From Malacoraja senta (lineage: Eukaryota): a DNA stretch of 64,000 nucleotides. Positions 12,797 through 23,596 of the stretch are shown here, piece by piece (the first letter of the stretch is position 1; each line of letters opens with the position of its first letter). Location of the stretch: positions 62,001 to 126,000 of the forward strand of contig JAXLNO010000556.1 in the NCBI GenBank assembly GCA_038087875.1, written 5' to 3'. The notes under the pieces are model-generated. The model was not told where the DNA came from. It was given only the letters and a program-made list of their open reading frames with translations, and searched no databases. Position numbers and translations under genes: made by a program.

Positions 12797-13612
12797 CTAC
12801 TTCAGGGGGTAATCACGGAAGAATCTAATATTATCCCCAGAATATGTAAGATTCTCCCCGTGAATAATCTTATTCAATATATTTTCCAGTGACGAAATGT
12901 CGAGGAATTTCACAATTATCTGTCTTGGGGGAGCATTTGTCCCTTTGGGAAAGCATCCAACCCGGTGAGCGACATCTATTCTTGCGTTTTCCGGCAGTTT
13001 AAAAACTTCTTTAAGTAAGTCAGCAACGAAAGTACGTGTATGAGGTCCTCGCCCCTCTCGTCCTTCCTTTACTCCAACAATTCTTAAATTCTGCCTTCGC
13101 GATCTCGCCTCCAAGTCCAAACATTTGTCGGTCATTCTAACGAGTTGCTCCCCCTCAAATTGTTGTGCTTTTTTCCGATTCGATATTTCCAAGGCCATCT
13201 CTTTCATTGCAGTCTCCATTTCTTCCATCAGCTTATCAGACTTTTTCATGTGCTCATACATCTTATCAAATTTCTTATTAAAGTATTTTTCCATTCTGGC
13301 ACATTCTCCCGTTAATTTTTTATTATGCTCCTTAAACTGCTTCTTCCGCTCCTTTAACTCACCACAGGCCTTATCAATTTTTTTAGAAAGATTACTCTCC
13401 ATTTTCTCCAATGCAATATTCATGTCTGCTAGCATTTGCTTCATCTCCTTCTCCTTTATATTTCCTTTTGCAGCCATTTCAGACACAAATCCTTGGGAGC
13501 AAGACTCTTCTTCTGAGCTTTCTGCTGTCGTTTGCAGAGTTTCCAAAGCTTCCTGAAGCTTGAGACTGATAGTAGCTTTCTTATGTGCTCGTGAGCGTTT
13601 CCCCTTGCTCAT
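12797..13612 (-). pseudogene. L1 ORF1 (coiled coil + RRM/Transposase_22-like), frameshifted near the C-terminus
   Basis: DLEARSRRQNLRIVGVKEG, AHRV and FFRDYP motifs. The remainder continues in another frame to ~12580. Confidence 0.88.
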
Positions 13613-14189
13613 TTAAAACTCCCGTTAAACTCCCGATTTTTCGCGTCGATTTCTGATGACGTCACTTACGCGACGCCAAACAGCTCCGGTGAGTTTTTTT
13701 AAAAATCGGTCCTGTCTCTCAAAACGGCTTTTTCGCGATTTTAACGGGAGAGGAGCTCAATACTGAGCCCTTACAGCTCCATGGCGCCACCGGAAGCTCA
13801 GATCGTCGTTAACCCACGCACGTTAGTTTGGGACAAATGAGGGCGGGATACATATCAAGGACAACATTGTCATTGATCTTCGGCATTTGGGGTCGATTGG
13901 CAGAATGTTGGAGTCAAGGAACATTTTCAGCAACAAAGGAGGTCATTTAGTTCCTCGTATACAAATAGTCCAACATGTGAATCTTTGCACTGGCCCGTGG
14001 CCCTGCGCGTGACAAGTCTTCAAGTACACATCTCAGTGTTGTTTACACGTGATAGGCTCCCCTCCTCTCTTGCCTTCTCCGCCATCGAGTTACCATGAGA
14101 TGCCACTTGATGTGTCAATTTATTTCCTTTTCCTTTTCAATCCTTTAGCATATTCTCTAAATACCCCCCCCCCCAATTACTGACACTTT

Positions 14190-14700
14190 TAGAGTCATAG
14201 TCCTAGAGGCATAGAGTGATTGACTTCTGGCCAACTTACCCACACCGGCCAACATGCCACAGCTGTACTAGTCCCACCTGCCTGCGCTTGGTCTGTATCC
14301 CTCCAAACCATATCATTCTATTAACTGTTTCTTGAACGTTGGTATAGTCCCAGCTCCAACTTCCTCTTAACCTTGAACCTATGTCCGATCGTCCTCGATT
14401 CCCCTAATCTGGGAAAGAATGAGAATCTACCCATTCTAGTCCTCTCTTGAATTTGTACACCTCTATCAGATCACCCGTCATCATGCTGCGCTCAAAGGAA
14501 TAGAGATCCAGCGTACTCAACCTCTCCCTATAGCTCACATTCTCTAGTCCTGGCAATATCCTCGTAAATCTTCTGTCAACCGTTTCAAGCTTGACAATAT
14601 ATTCCTTATTGCATGGTTCCCAGAACTGAACACAATGTTCTAAATGCGGTCTCACCAACGTCTTATACAACTTCAACATGACCTCCCAGCTTCTATGCTC
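14190..14700 (-). mobile_element. CR1/HER1 LINE 3' fragment
   Basis: LYKTLVRPHLEHCVQFW motif and tail. Confidence 0.85.
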
Positions 14701-14871
14701 TATGCTAGAAAAAGTGTTTCACCCATACTTTATCGAATATTTGTGATGTAATTACAGTAGATTGTGAAGAAGGCACCGAGTGTGAGAGCTGTGGTAACTG
14801 AATCCGCCTACCTTTCCCCATTAAAATCATATTGAGGGTAGTGATGTGAGACTTACACGAGATACACAAGG

Positions 14872-15160
14872 TCGGCACAGTGGCGCAGGTAGTAGAGCTA
14901 CTGAATCATAGCGCCAAAACTCCGGGTTCGATCCTGACCTAACGTGCTATCTGTTTTGAGTTTGCATCTATCCCTTGCCACCCTGTGAGTTTCCTCCAAT
15001 TGCTTCGGTTTCTTCCCTCATCCCGAAGACCTTTGGCTTTGCAGGTTACTTTGATTCAGTGAAAACACCCATTGTGTGCAGCGAGTAGATGCGAGCGTGG
15101 TATAACGTTTCACCAGTGTGAAGTGATCAATGATCAACGTCGATGGCGGAAGGCCCTGTA
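14872..15160 (+). mobile_element. HE1-like tRNA-derived SINE
   Basis: A box TGGCGCAGGTAG and B box GGTTCGATCC, followed by SINE body. Confidence 0.75.
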
Positions 15161-15391
15161 GTATATGGAATGACCAGAATGGGACAGGCCTTTCATTTTA
15201 TTGGCTGCTTATCCGAAGCTGCGTGGTGTGGATTGAATCATTGGTGAGATATCCAGTTTGTTTGGTGGACTGGGATACATAGTCAACTCTGCAATTCTTC
15301 GAATTCCCAAACCAAACAGTGATGGGAGGTGCCAGTATCTTGTCCATGTGTATTAGCAGACATTTGTAAGCGTCTTAGGAGACAATAGTTA

Positions 15392-16450
15392 TGGGCGGCA
15401 CGGTGGCGCTGCGATAGAGTAGTTGTCATGCAGCGCTTACAGCGCAAGAGACCCTGGATCGATCCTGGCGGTACGGTGGCGCTGCGATATAATTTGTACA
15501 TTCTCCCCGCTATAAAGACCACCAGGGGCGCCGGGGAGATTGCTGCCTTGTCGGCAGTCTCTATGTTTGTTCTTTCTTCTCGTTATTTTTTAGTGCGTAA
15601 AAAGTTTGTTTTAATGATCTTAGTTTTTTTTTCATGTGGGAGGAGGGGGGGATCGGGGTGATATGATCAATTTTTGCATCACATTCTCCGGGCTCTGCGG
15701 CCTACCATCTGTGGAGCTGAAAGCCTCCTCAGACTGTCGTGAGCCTCACGCGGGGCGCGGAGATAACATCGGAGCTGATCCCTAGCCTGGGATCGCTCCA
15801 AACACAACCACCGCGGACTTACCATCAAGAGCTCGCAGTCGGGGAGAGGCTAGTCGGGAGCTCCAACGTCGCGCAAGGTTCGACCAGCCCGTCGCGAGGT
15901 ACGATCGTCCAGCGCGGGGAGCTGGCATCCCCCCCAGATGCGGGAGCAGATTGACTCGACGCGGAGGAACGAACGCCGCCGGCTACGGGAGATAAAATTA
16001 TCCCGTCAACTGGGGCTCGAGGCAAACTTTGTTTCGCCTTCTATCACAGTGAAGAATGTGTAGGAGTCACTGTGTGGATGTTCATGTTAAAATGTGTTTT
16101 TTGAGTGATCTGTTACTTTTAATTGTATGACTGACCTGGCCTATGAAATTCATCGTATGTTACAAAACATACTTGGCTAACACAGTGTGATTCTGATTCT
16201 GATTCCGATTCTGATTCTGATTCGATTCTGATTCTGATTCTGATTCTGATTCTGATTCTGATTCTGATCTGATTCTGATTCTGATCTGCGTAGGTTTCCT
16301 TCCACACCGTCGTTGTGGGTTAATGGGCTTGGTATAAGTGTCAATTGTCTCTAGTATGTAGGATATTGTTAATGTGCGGGGATCGCTTGTCGGGGCGGAC
16401 TTGGTAGGACGAAGGGTCAGAATCTTCGCTGTATCTCTAAACTAAACTAA
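15392..16450 (+). mobile_element. HE1-like SINE split by a GC-rich element
   Basis: Head GGCGGCACGGTGGCGC...GGATCGATCC. Body resumes at ~16285 and ends TCTCTAAACTAAACTAAA. Confidence 0.7.
15519..16286 (+). mobile_element. GC-rich non-autonomous retroelement E1, (GATTCT)n tail
   Basis: Head CCACCAGGGGCGCC, T-rich then G-rich block, CpG-rich core, CACAGTG..CACTGTG hairpin, microsatellite tail. Confidence 0.7.
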
Positions 16451-16479
16451 AAGTAAACACGCCATTTTCCTTTAGTCTC

Positions 16480-17800
16480 CTCAGGACCCAGAGTCGGTAG
16501 TGGGCCTTTTGGATTTTGCTTTAACGTGGATGGTCCACGCTAAACCGTTATTCATTTCAGGCCAAATAACATTGAAGTTCTCCATCAATTCCACTTCGGC
16601 ACCATTGATAGTGGTTGGGGCACGCTTCTGAGATCAATAACTAGTTCGGGTGTCAGGGGTTATGGGGAGAAGGCAGGAGAATGAGGTTACGAGAGAGAGA
16701 TCGATCAGCCATGATTGACGGGCTGAGCAGACTTGGTGGGCCGAATGGCCCAATTCTGCTCCTATCGCTGATGACGTTATGACTAAAGATTTCGTTTCAG
16801 AACAACTGTTGCTATTCAATACCTTGTTCTTGCGTTTCTCTGTCCTTCTTGTAATCCGTCTCGTTATTGTCCATCGTATCATTCATATTTGTAGATGGGG
16901 TATAAACGAATGAGGTAATGAGGTATAAACGTATTTGGCCGTAAGTCGTGCGTATATGGGAGCATAATAGTGGACTGAGAACGCATACTTATGGGTCGAT
17001 TCTATTGATAATTATCGTGGAGGAGGTGTTGTCACCTATCCTCTCTGATCATGGACCGTGGGTCGGAACGTCGAGGAAACAGTGTCGGTGATGGGGCGGG
17101 AATGGGAGAGGGGATTGTGCTTCCTACTAGGTCCAGGAGGTGGAGATGGGTTTGGATGTTACTGCAGTATTGAAGGTGGAGCAATAGCCGATGACGCCGG
17201 AATCCATGTTGTCGAGATGTTACAAAAATGTGTTTAGGGCCAGGGAGATGGCGTCTTCTCTGGATCTGCTGCGACGGTAGTATGTATCATTGGGCGACAG
17301 CAAATAATGAATCTAGCATAGTTTCCGCAGCATCGGGATCAAAGTATTCATAAAAAAGGGATATAATAATTGAGTAGCGAAAGGGTAAATATGCATTTAA
17401 ACCATTTATATCATCAGGGAGGGTCCAGTCATTGCCATTAATACCGCCCTGTCTTCACTTTGCAGCCGGTTTTTAGCGGGCAAGTCTTGCCACTGATATT
17501 TCAATCGTTCTCTCGAGACTGCTGCTTGGTCCGGAATTCCTTGCTGAAATCCGTAATGGCTCTGCTAAGGTCGTGGATATATTTATTGTACCACTCAGGA
17601 TCCTTTGCCTTGAACGTTGCAGACTTAGACTTCCCCTAGAGTGTACATCCTGGTTTACCCGTGCTCTCCAATATGGTACACATTGTTGGAATTTTTGATA
17701 CACACTCCTCATTACACTTGCTGATGAAGTCTGTGACATCAATCGCATATTCATCTAGGTTAGCCGCAGATCCCTGAATAAGTACCAGACCACCGGCTCA
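16480..17800 (-). mobile_element. Old degenerate Rex/Babar-type LINE remnants (with a CR1 tail at ~16634-16780)
   Basis: Reverse-strand relics of YRRSRSREDAI and (D)YCSTFNT motifs. Confidence 0.55.
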
Positions 17801-18302
17801 TGGCCGTCTGTTACTGTATATATATGGTCCATTCACACCCGTCCACACGTTCATATCCGCCCCGAGCGATGCGTGTCCATCGGAGCGGCGAATGTATTTT
17901 GCATATATATTTAATGTTACGGGTTAGGGCGCTAATAACAATTAAATTATTCATTGGTTCGCTATTGCTCTTCATTCGTCGTTGTCACATCAACCAAGAA
18001 TGCTATCAAATTTCATCATACCATGTATGAACATAATCAAGCCTCACAGAATACAACATGTAGTGCAAAGAGGAACATACTAGAATTCAGATGCAGTGTT
18101 GTAGCTAAAGTGCGGATTAAACTAGTCCAATGAATTCAGAGATCGGATTTACAGTTAGAGTTTATGAGGTCCGTCATTGGTCTGATAATAGCGAGAAAGA
18201 GATATTCCTGGATCTCGTGGTACGTGATTTCAAGTCTTTGTGCTCAGACCGATGGGAGAGGGAAAGGAAGGAGTGGCCAGGGCGCGAGTGATCCTTCATC
18301 AT

Positions 18303-19190
18303 TAGGGGCGCCGTCCTGTACGGTAGGGGGCGCCGTCCTGTACGGGTATGGCTGCCCAGCCTGCAGCTGTCCGTTTTTTCTCTCTTTATTTATTTTTAGT
18401 TAGTTGAGTTTTTTTGTTTTCGGAGTTCTAGCCTTTTTTTGTGGGGGAGGGGGGGAAGGGTGAAACTGTTTTCTAGGGTCCCTGCCTGGTCGGAGAGGCA
18501 GCTTTTCTCCGGGCTGCACCGTCGACCCATCCTCGCGGCCTACCAGCGGGCCTGGAGCGGCGTTTCCTGTCGGGGACCGCCCAGAACCTCGGCTTCGGCG
18601 GCGGCACAGCGCTGGAGCGCTATCGCGGAGCGGGCGATGCCTTGCCCGGGTCGCCGCGCTGGAGCTCCGGACTGCTGAGACCGCTGGTGAACATCACGGA
18701 GCTGCGAGACTGTGGAGCGGCCAAGTGCGGTCGGCGGCGCTGAACCTTTCACCGGAGCCTGGGATATCGCGACAAGATCGCCAGTGGCGAAGCTCCATCG
18801 AGCGCGGCCTGTCCGCTTCGGAAGCCGCGGTCTCCAGTTAGGAAGCGGCCGCTCTAGGTATGCCAAGCCGCTGAGAGGATTTTCCCGACGCCGGAGCACC
18901 ATCACCCGGCGAAGAAGGGCCTGAAACATCGGGCCCCGTAGCGGCGACTGCGGAGGCCTCAATAAGCCCGACTATGGGTGGACAAGCGGATGGGGACTGG
19001 ACTCTGTGCCTTCCCTCATAATGCGAACCATTGTGGGTGGATGTTGGTTTTTTATGTTTATTGTTAAATTCTTTAATGTTGTGTCTTATCTTTATCTGTG
19101 TGCTGCATGGCAAGACAAATTTAACTACACCAATTGGTGTACGTGACAAATAAATGTCCTTTGTCCTTTGTCCTTTGTCCTTTGTCCTTT
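18303..19190 (+). mobile_element. GC-rich non-autonomous retroelement E2, (TGTCCTT)n tail
   Basis: Duplicated head GGGGCGCCGTCCTGTACGG, same architecture as E1, AATAAA plus tail, probable TCAT TSD. Confidence 0.72.
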
Positions 19191-19579
19191 CTCATGTTGG
19201 CTGCTGTTGAGAGGCAATCTGAAGCGTAGATTTAGTAGGCGGTTGATAGGGAGGGTGGCAGACGTGGCTTATGTGATGGACTAGGTTATATCTTCAACTC
19301 CCTGCAATTTCTTACAGTCTTCAACAAATGTGGTGGCAACCCAAACTGTGATGCTTCCCAATAGGTTGCTTTCAACGGCGCATCTGTCGGAATTGGTAAG
19401 ACTTGTTGAATACATGCCGATTGTCCTTGGTTTTCTGAGGCTAGTGGCGTTTTCGTGTTTTCTTGGAAGTGACGTCAGTGATTCAACCAAGACAAATTAT
19501 TGCTGATATTTTCGCCGAAAGACTGGATGCTCTCTATCTCGTATCTAATGCTCTTTGAGGAGATTTTCACTTGAACTGA

Positions 19580-20125
19580 TGTAGCTGGCTAGATAGCAAG
19601 CGAGATAGTTAAATAGCTATCTAGCTATCCAGATATATAGTTAGCTATATATCTAGCTATACAGTTATCTAGCGAGCTATCTAGCTATTTAACTACTACC
19701 GCTAGATAGATATCTAGCTCTCTAACTAATCTAGCAATCTAGCTAACTAATGTCACGAGCTATCTAGGTACCTTGTCAACTATCTTGCCTTCTACCCATC
19801 GAGCCATCTAGCCATCTAAGCATCGCGATAGTTATATAGGAAGGTAGATTGCTAGCTATCTGGGTATTTATCATAGATAGCTCGATAGTTAGCGAGCTAG
19901 ATAGCTATACATATCTAGAATTCCAGCGATCTAGCTATCAATCTATGGTCTTAGCCGTCTGACCGTCCAGCCGGCTCGCCGTCCATCCAACCAGCAAGCA
20001 GGTTACTTAGCTATCTAGCTACCTAGCTAGCCAGCAATCTAGCTATCTAGCTTCCCAGTTATCTAGCTAGTTGGCTAGTTATCTGACTATCTAACTTTCT
20101 AGATATCTATCTGTCTAGCTATCTA
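19580..20125. repeat. Degenerate (TAGC/TAGA/CTAG) low-complexity repeat
   Basis: Dense AGCTATCTAGCT-type palindromic words over ~550 bp. Confidence 0.85.
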
Positions 20126-20129
20126 CACA

Positions 20130-20603
20130 GATATGGGGAGACGTTAAACTAGAACGGTTGGGGGGAGGGACTCAAATAGAGAAAGATGGTAGAAAATGTG
20201 GGAGGCAGGAGGCAGAGAAGGGAAGCACTCGGACCCAAAATGTAGGGGAGAAAGGAGAAAAAGATAATAAACAGGGAATAAGTGGTGGTGGGTTTCTCAA
20301 ATGTGTATATTTTAATGCTAGGAGCATTGTAAGAAAGGTGGATGAGCTTAGAGTCTGGATTGACACCTGGACGTATGATATTGTGGCGATCAGTGAAGCA
20401 TGGTTGCAGGAGGGCTGTGATTGGAAACTATATATTCCAGGGTTTCGTTGCTTCAGGGGTGATAGAATTGGAGGGGCAAGAGGTGGGGGTGTTGCATTGC
20501 TTGTCAAGGAAGATATTACAGCAGTGCTTTGGCAGGATAGATTAGAGGGATCGTTTAGGGAGGCTATTTGGGTGGAGCTGAGAAATGGGAAAGGTGTAGC
20601 AAC
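20130..20603 (+). mobile_element. CR1 fragment: ORF2 endonuclease N-terminus
   Basis: LKCVYFNARSIVRKVDEL..DIVAISEAWL..RGGGVALLVK. Confidence 0.88.
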
Positions 20604-21972
20604 ACCCACCCCTTCCCCCACCCCTTCCCACTCACCCTCCACCTCCCCTTCACCCTCCCCTTCACCCTCCCCTTCACCCTCCCCTTCACCCTCTTCTTGC
20701 CCCTCCCCCTCCCCTTCCCCCTCCCCTTCCCCCTTCCCTTCCCCCTCTCCCACTCCCCCACCCCCTACCCTTCACCCTCGCCTTCCCCGTCCCCCTCCCA
20801 ACCCCCTCCCCCTCACCCTCCCAATCCCACTCCCCTTTTCCTCTCTCCGTCACCCTCCCCATCCCCATCCCCTTACCCCTCCCCCTCCCCCTCTACATCC
20901 CCGTCCCCTTCCCCTTCCCTTCCCCGCCCCTTCCTCCTCCCCTCCCCCCCTCCCCTTACCCCTCCCCCTCCCCTATCAACCTCCCAATTCCCCTCCCCTC
21001 CCCCTCCCCTCCCCCCTCAGCCTCCCCCTCACCCTCCCCATCCCCCTCCCGCTCACCCTCCCCTTCCCCCTCCCCCACCACTTCCCCCTTCCCCTCCCCC
21101 TCCCCCTCAACCTTCCCACAACCCACCTCCCCTCCCCCCTCCCCTCCCGTTCCCCCTCCCACTCCCCTTCCCCGTCCCCCTCCCCTCCCCCTCTCCCTCC
21201 CCTTTCCCCTCCCGCTTCCCCTCCCCCCCTGCCTTCCACCCTCACGCCCCCCCTTCCCCCTCCCCTTCCCCGTCCGCTGCCCCTCCCCTTGCCACTCCGC
21301 ACCCCCTCCCCCTCCCCTTCCCCCTCCAATCCCCCTCCCCCTCCCCCTGCCTATCACTCTCCCCTTACCTTCGCCCTCCCCCCTGCCCCTCCCCTCCCGT
21401 TCCCCCTGCCCCTCCCCTTCACACTCCCCCTCCCCTTCTTCCTTACCCTCCCTCTCCACCTGCGCTCCCCTCCCCCTACCCTTCCCCCTCCTTCCCGATC
21501 CCCCTCCCCATCTCCCTCTCATACTTCACCCCTTCTGTCCTTCCCTCACCCCGTCCCTCTGCCTCTCCCATTTCACCTCCCCGCACTCGCCTCTTCTTGC
21601 TGCCCCCCCTCCCCTTCCCCTTCCCCAGCCCACTTCCTCTTCCCCCTCCCCTTACCCACCCCACTTCCTCCCCCCTCCGCTTCCCCACCCCACTTCCCCT
21701 TCCCCTTCCCATTTCCCTCCCCACTTCAACTTCCCCCTCACCTTCACCTCCCCACTTCCTCTTCCCCCTCCCCTTCCTCACCCCACTCCCCCCTCCCCCT
21801 CCCCTCCCCCACCACATTCCCACCCCACTTCCTCTTCCCCCTTCCCCACCCCACTTACTGTCCCACCCTTGCTCGCCCTCATCCCTCTTTCTCAACCCCA
21901 TTCCTCTTCCTCCCCTCCTCTCCCTCCCCTGTCACGTTCCCTCCCCCACCCCCTCTGGTCCTCCCCCTTCCC
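20604..21972 (+). repeat. Polypyrimidine (CCCCT-type) tract
   Basis: ~1.4 kb of mostly C/T on the + strand. Confidence 0.95.
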
Positions 21973-22465
21973 ACGCACGTCGAGACTCTTCAGACTCAGA
22001 CTACAGATCTGAAGAATGGTCTCGACACGAAACGTCACCCATTCCTTCTCTCCAGAAATGCTGCCTATTCCGCTGAGTTACTCCAGCTTTTTGTGTCCAT
22101 CTTCGGTTAAAATAGTTTACAGATTCTGGTGTTTTGTGCGTGGGATCTTGTGTGCGTTCCGCAAGCAACCAGACGGTAATAAATAAAACATGCTTCTTGT
22201 TGTCAAGGGGGAGGGAGGATGAGATACAATTGTTCGTTGTCATGCACACTTGTCATCGGTCCGCCAGCGAATGTGTCCCCACATGTTTTAAAAGCCATTT
22301 ACCCAGCCCCGAGCCGTCTGTTCCCGCGACCGGGGTGAGGGCGAATCACGCGGTGTGGGTGTCAGGGTCCGGGGTCGATGGTGGGGGTGAATCACCCTGG
22401 TGTGGGGGTTGGGGTCCGATGGCGGTGAATTGCGGTCGGTGACTGGGTGGGCGGAGGGACCAGCC

Positions 22466-22716
22466 TGTCCCACACCTCTGCTCCACCCGACCCACAGCCC
22501 GTCACAGTGCGGCCACACGGGGGAAACGAGGCGGAGGGCGGCCGTGGCCGTGGGAGAGTGGGGGCTGCCCGAGGGATGCGCACGTTCGGCCGCTTACAAC
22601 TTGGTGCTTGGATTCAGATTGCCCAGTCACCTATGGTTTGTGTGGGAAAATGACTCCCACTCTCCCACGGCCACCCTCCGCGGGCTGCGGGTCGGGTGGA
22701 GCGGAGGTTTGGGACA
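22466..22716. repeat. Imperfect GC-rich inverted repeat
   Basis: Arm 22466-22562 is the reverse complement of 22656-22716, apart from insertions in the left arm. Confidence 0.85.
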
Positions 22717-22760
22717 ATGTTCATCCCTCCACAGTGATGTGATGGACGCGGGGGTCTGGA

Positions 22761-22809
22761 CCAATCGCTGACAAGTCCCGCCCCCCGGCAACGTCATGTC
22801 CGTAATTGG
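22761..22809. promoter_or_regulatory. Candidate TATA-less promoter in a CpG-rich island
   Basis: CCAAT 22761, GC box CCCGCCCC 22777, ACGTCA 22791, inverted CCAAT (ATTGG) 22805. Confidence 0.5.
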
Positions 22810-22855
22810 ACTTTCTGTTGAGCGGCAGTCCTTTGGCTTGTAGGCGACGCCGCCT

Positions 22856-23047
22856 TTCGGCTACGTGGCGTTTCGACAGAGCAGCTATTCGGTGACCATG
22901 CTTTTCGGTTAGTTGGCATTTAGGCGTCCCGCACTTTCGGGTAGTAGGCGATTCGGCTTCGTACGCTTTCGGTTAGTTGGCGTTTCGGCCTCGTTTCCAT
23001 TCGGTTATTTGGCTTCGACGTCTTTGCTTCGGCTTCTAGTCCATCGG
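22856..23047 (+). repeat. 16-bp-phased TTCGG array
   Basis: Cores at 22856, 22872, 22888, 22904, 22920, 22936, 22952, 22968, 22984, 23000, then 23014, 23028, 23043. Confidence 0.9.
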
Positions 23048-23055
23048 CGCACGCC

Positions 23056-23218
23056 TGGGTACCGTCAGAAGAGGCAGCGGGTAGTGCAGGACTCTCTGTG
23101 GCTCTCCCCCTCTCTTACAAGCACTGCCTTCTGCATACTATTGGGGTGACGGCCCCTCGGGGGAACATTGTAGCAGCAGTCGGGACAGGGAGACCAGTTC
23201 TGGCTCTGTAGGACAGCA
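23056..23218 (+). mobile_element. Degenerate CR1 ORF1 remnant (further esterase-like pieces at ~24126-24215 and ~25270-25318)
   Basis: Relics of WVTVRR..VVQDS(P)VA, GDS..VCCL(P)GAR and KGEGEQP..VHI..ND. Confidence 0.55.
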
Positions 23219-23596
23219 GGGGAGGTGGGGGAGTGTGGGGGTAGAGAGGCGGCGTGGAGAGAGAGAGTTGGAGGAGTGTAGGGATAGAGAGGGTGAGTGG
23301 GAAGTGAGAGTGGGAGGTGTGTGGGGATAGAGAGGGTGCAAGAGTGTTGGGAGAGAGAAGGGTGGAGAGAGTTGGGGAGGAATAAAGGGAGAGAGAGGGG
23401 AGGAGTGTGGGAAGAGGGGGGGCGTGGGGAGAGAGAGGGGGAGGAATGAAGGGAGAGAGGGGAGGAGTGTGGGGAGAGGGGGAGACGTGTGGGCGGAGAG
23501 GGGGAGTGTGCGGAGAGGGGGGAAGAGTGGAGAGAAAGAGGAGGAGCTTTGAGGGAGAGGGGAGGGAGCGATAGAGACAGAGGTGGAGGAAAGAGA

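Larger units (their letters stand above)
2624..13797 (-). mobile_element. L1-clade LINE with both termini, degenerate, endonuclease region missing; hosts Gypsy copy 2
   Basis: TSD TCAGATCGTCGTT at 2611-2623 and 13798-13810. A-rich 3' end. ORF1 at 13612-12797. ORF2 fragments: KTPGPDGF (11339-12079), SLDAEKAFD/QGCALSPLLF/YADD (4546-4974), GGLSLPNL (3650-4357). Confidence 0.95.

Noticed and set aside
14872..14945. tRNA genes at A/B-box sites (also 15392, ~42900)
   Set aside because: They continue into SINE bodies and show no intact cloverleaf.
16040..16080. CACAGTG/CACTGTG as V(D)J recombination signals (also ~49286-49316)
   Set aside because: No nonamer at 12/23 spacing and no V/J segments. 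These are hairpin arms of repeat elements.
20158..22110. 650-aa and 502-aa proline-rich ORFs (extensin/formin-like)
   Set aside because: A CR1 endonuclease fragment reading into a C/T tract that rarely contains stops; several frames are open at once.
22856..23047. CRISPR array, UUCG-tetraloop array or CENP-B box reading of the TTCGG array
   Set aside because: Repeat (5 bp) and spacers (11 bp) are far too short, there are no cas genes and the context is eukaryotic. Flanks mostly do not pair into stems. No GGAA..CGGG part of a CENP-B box.
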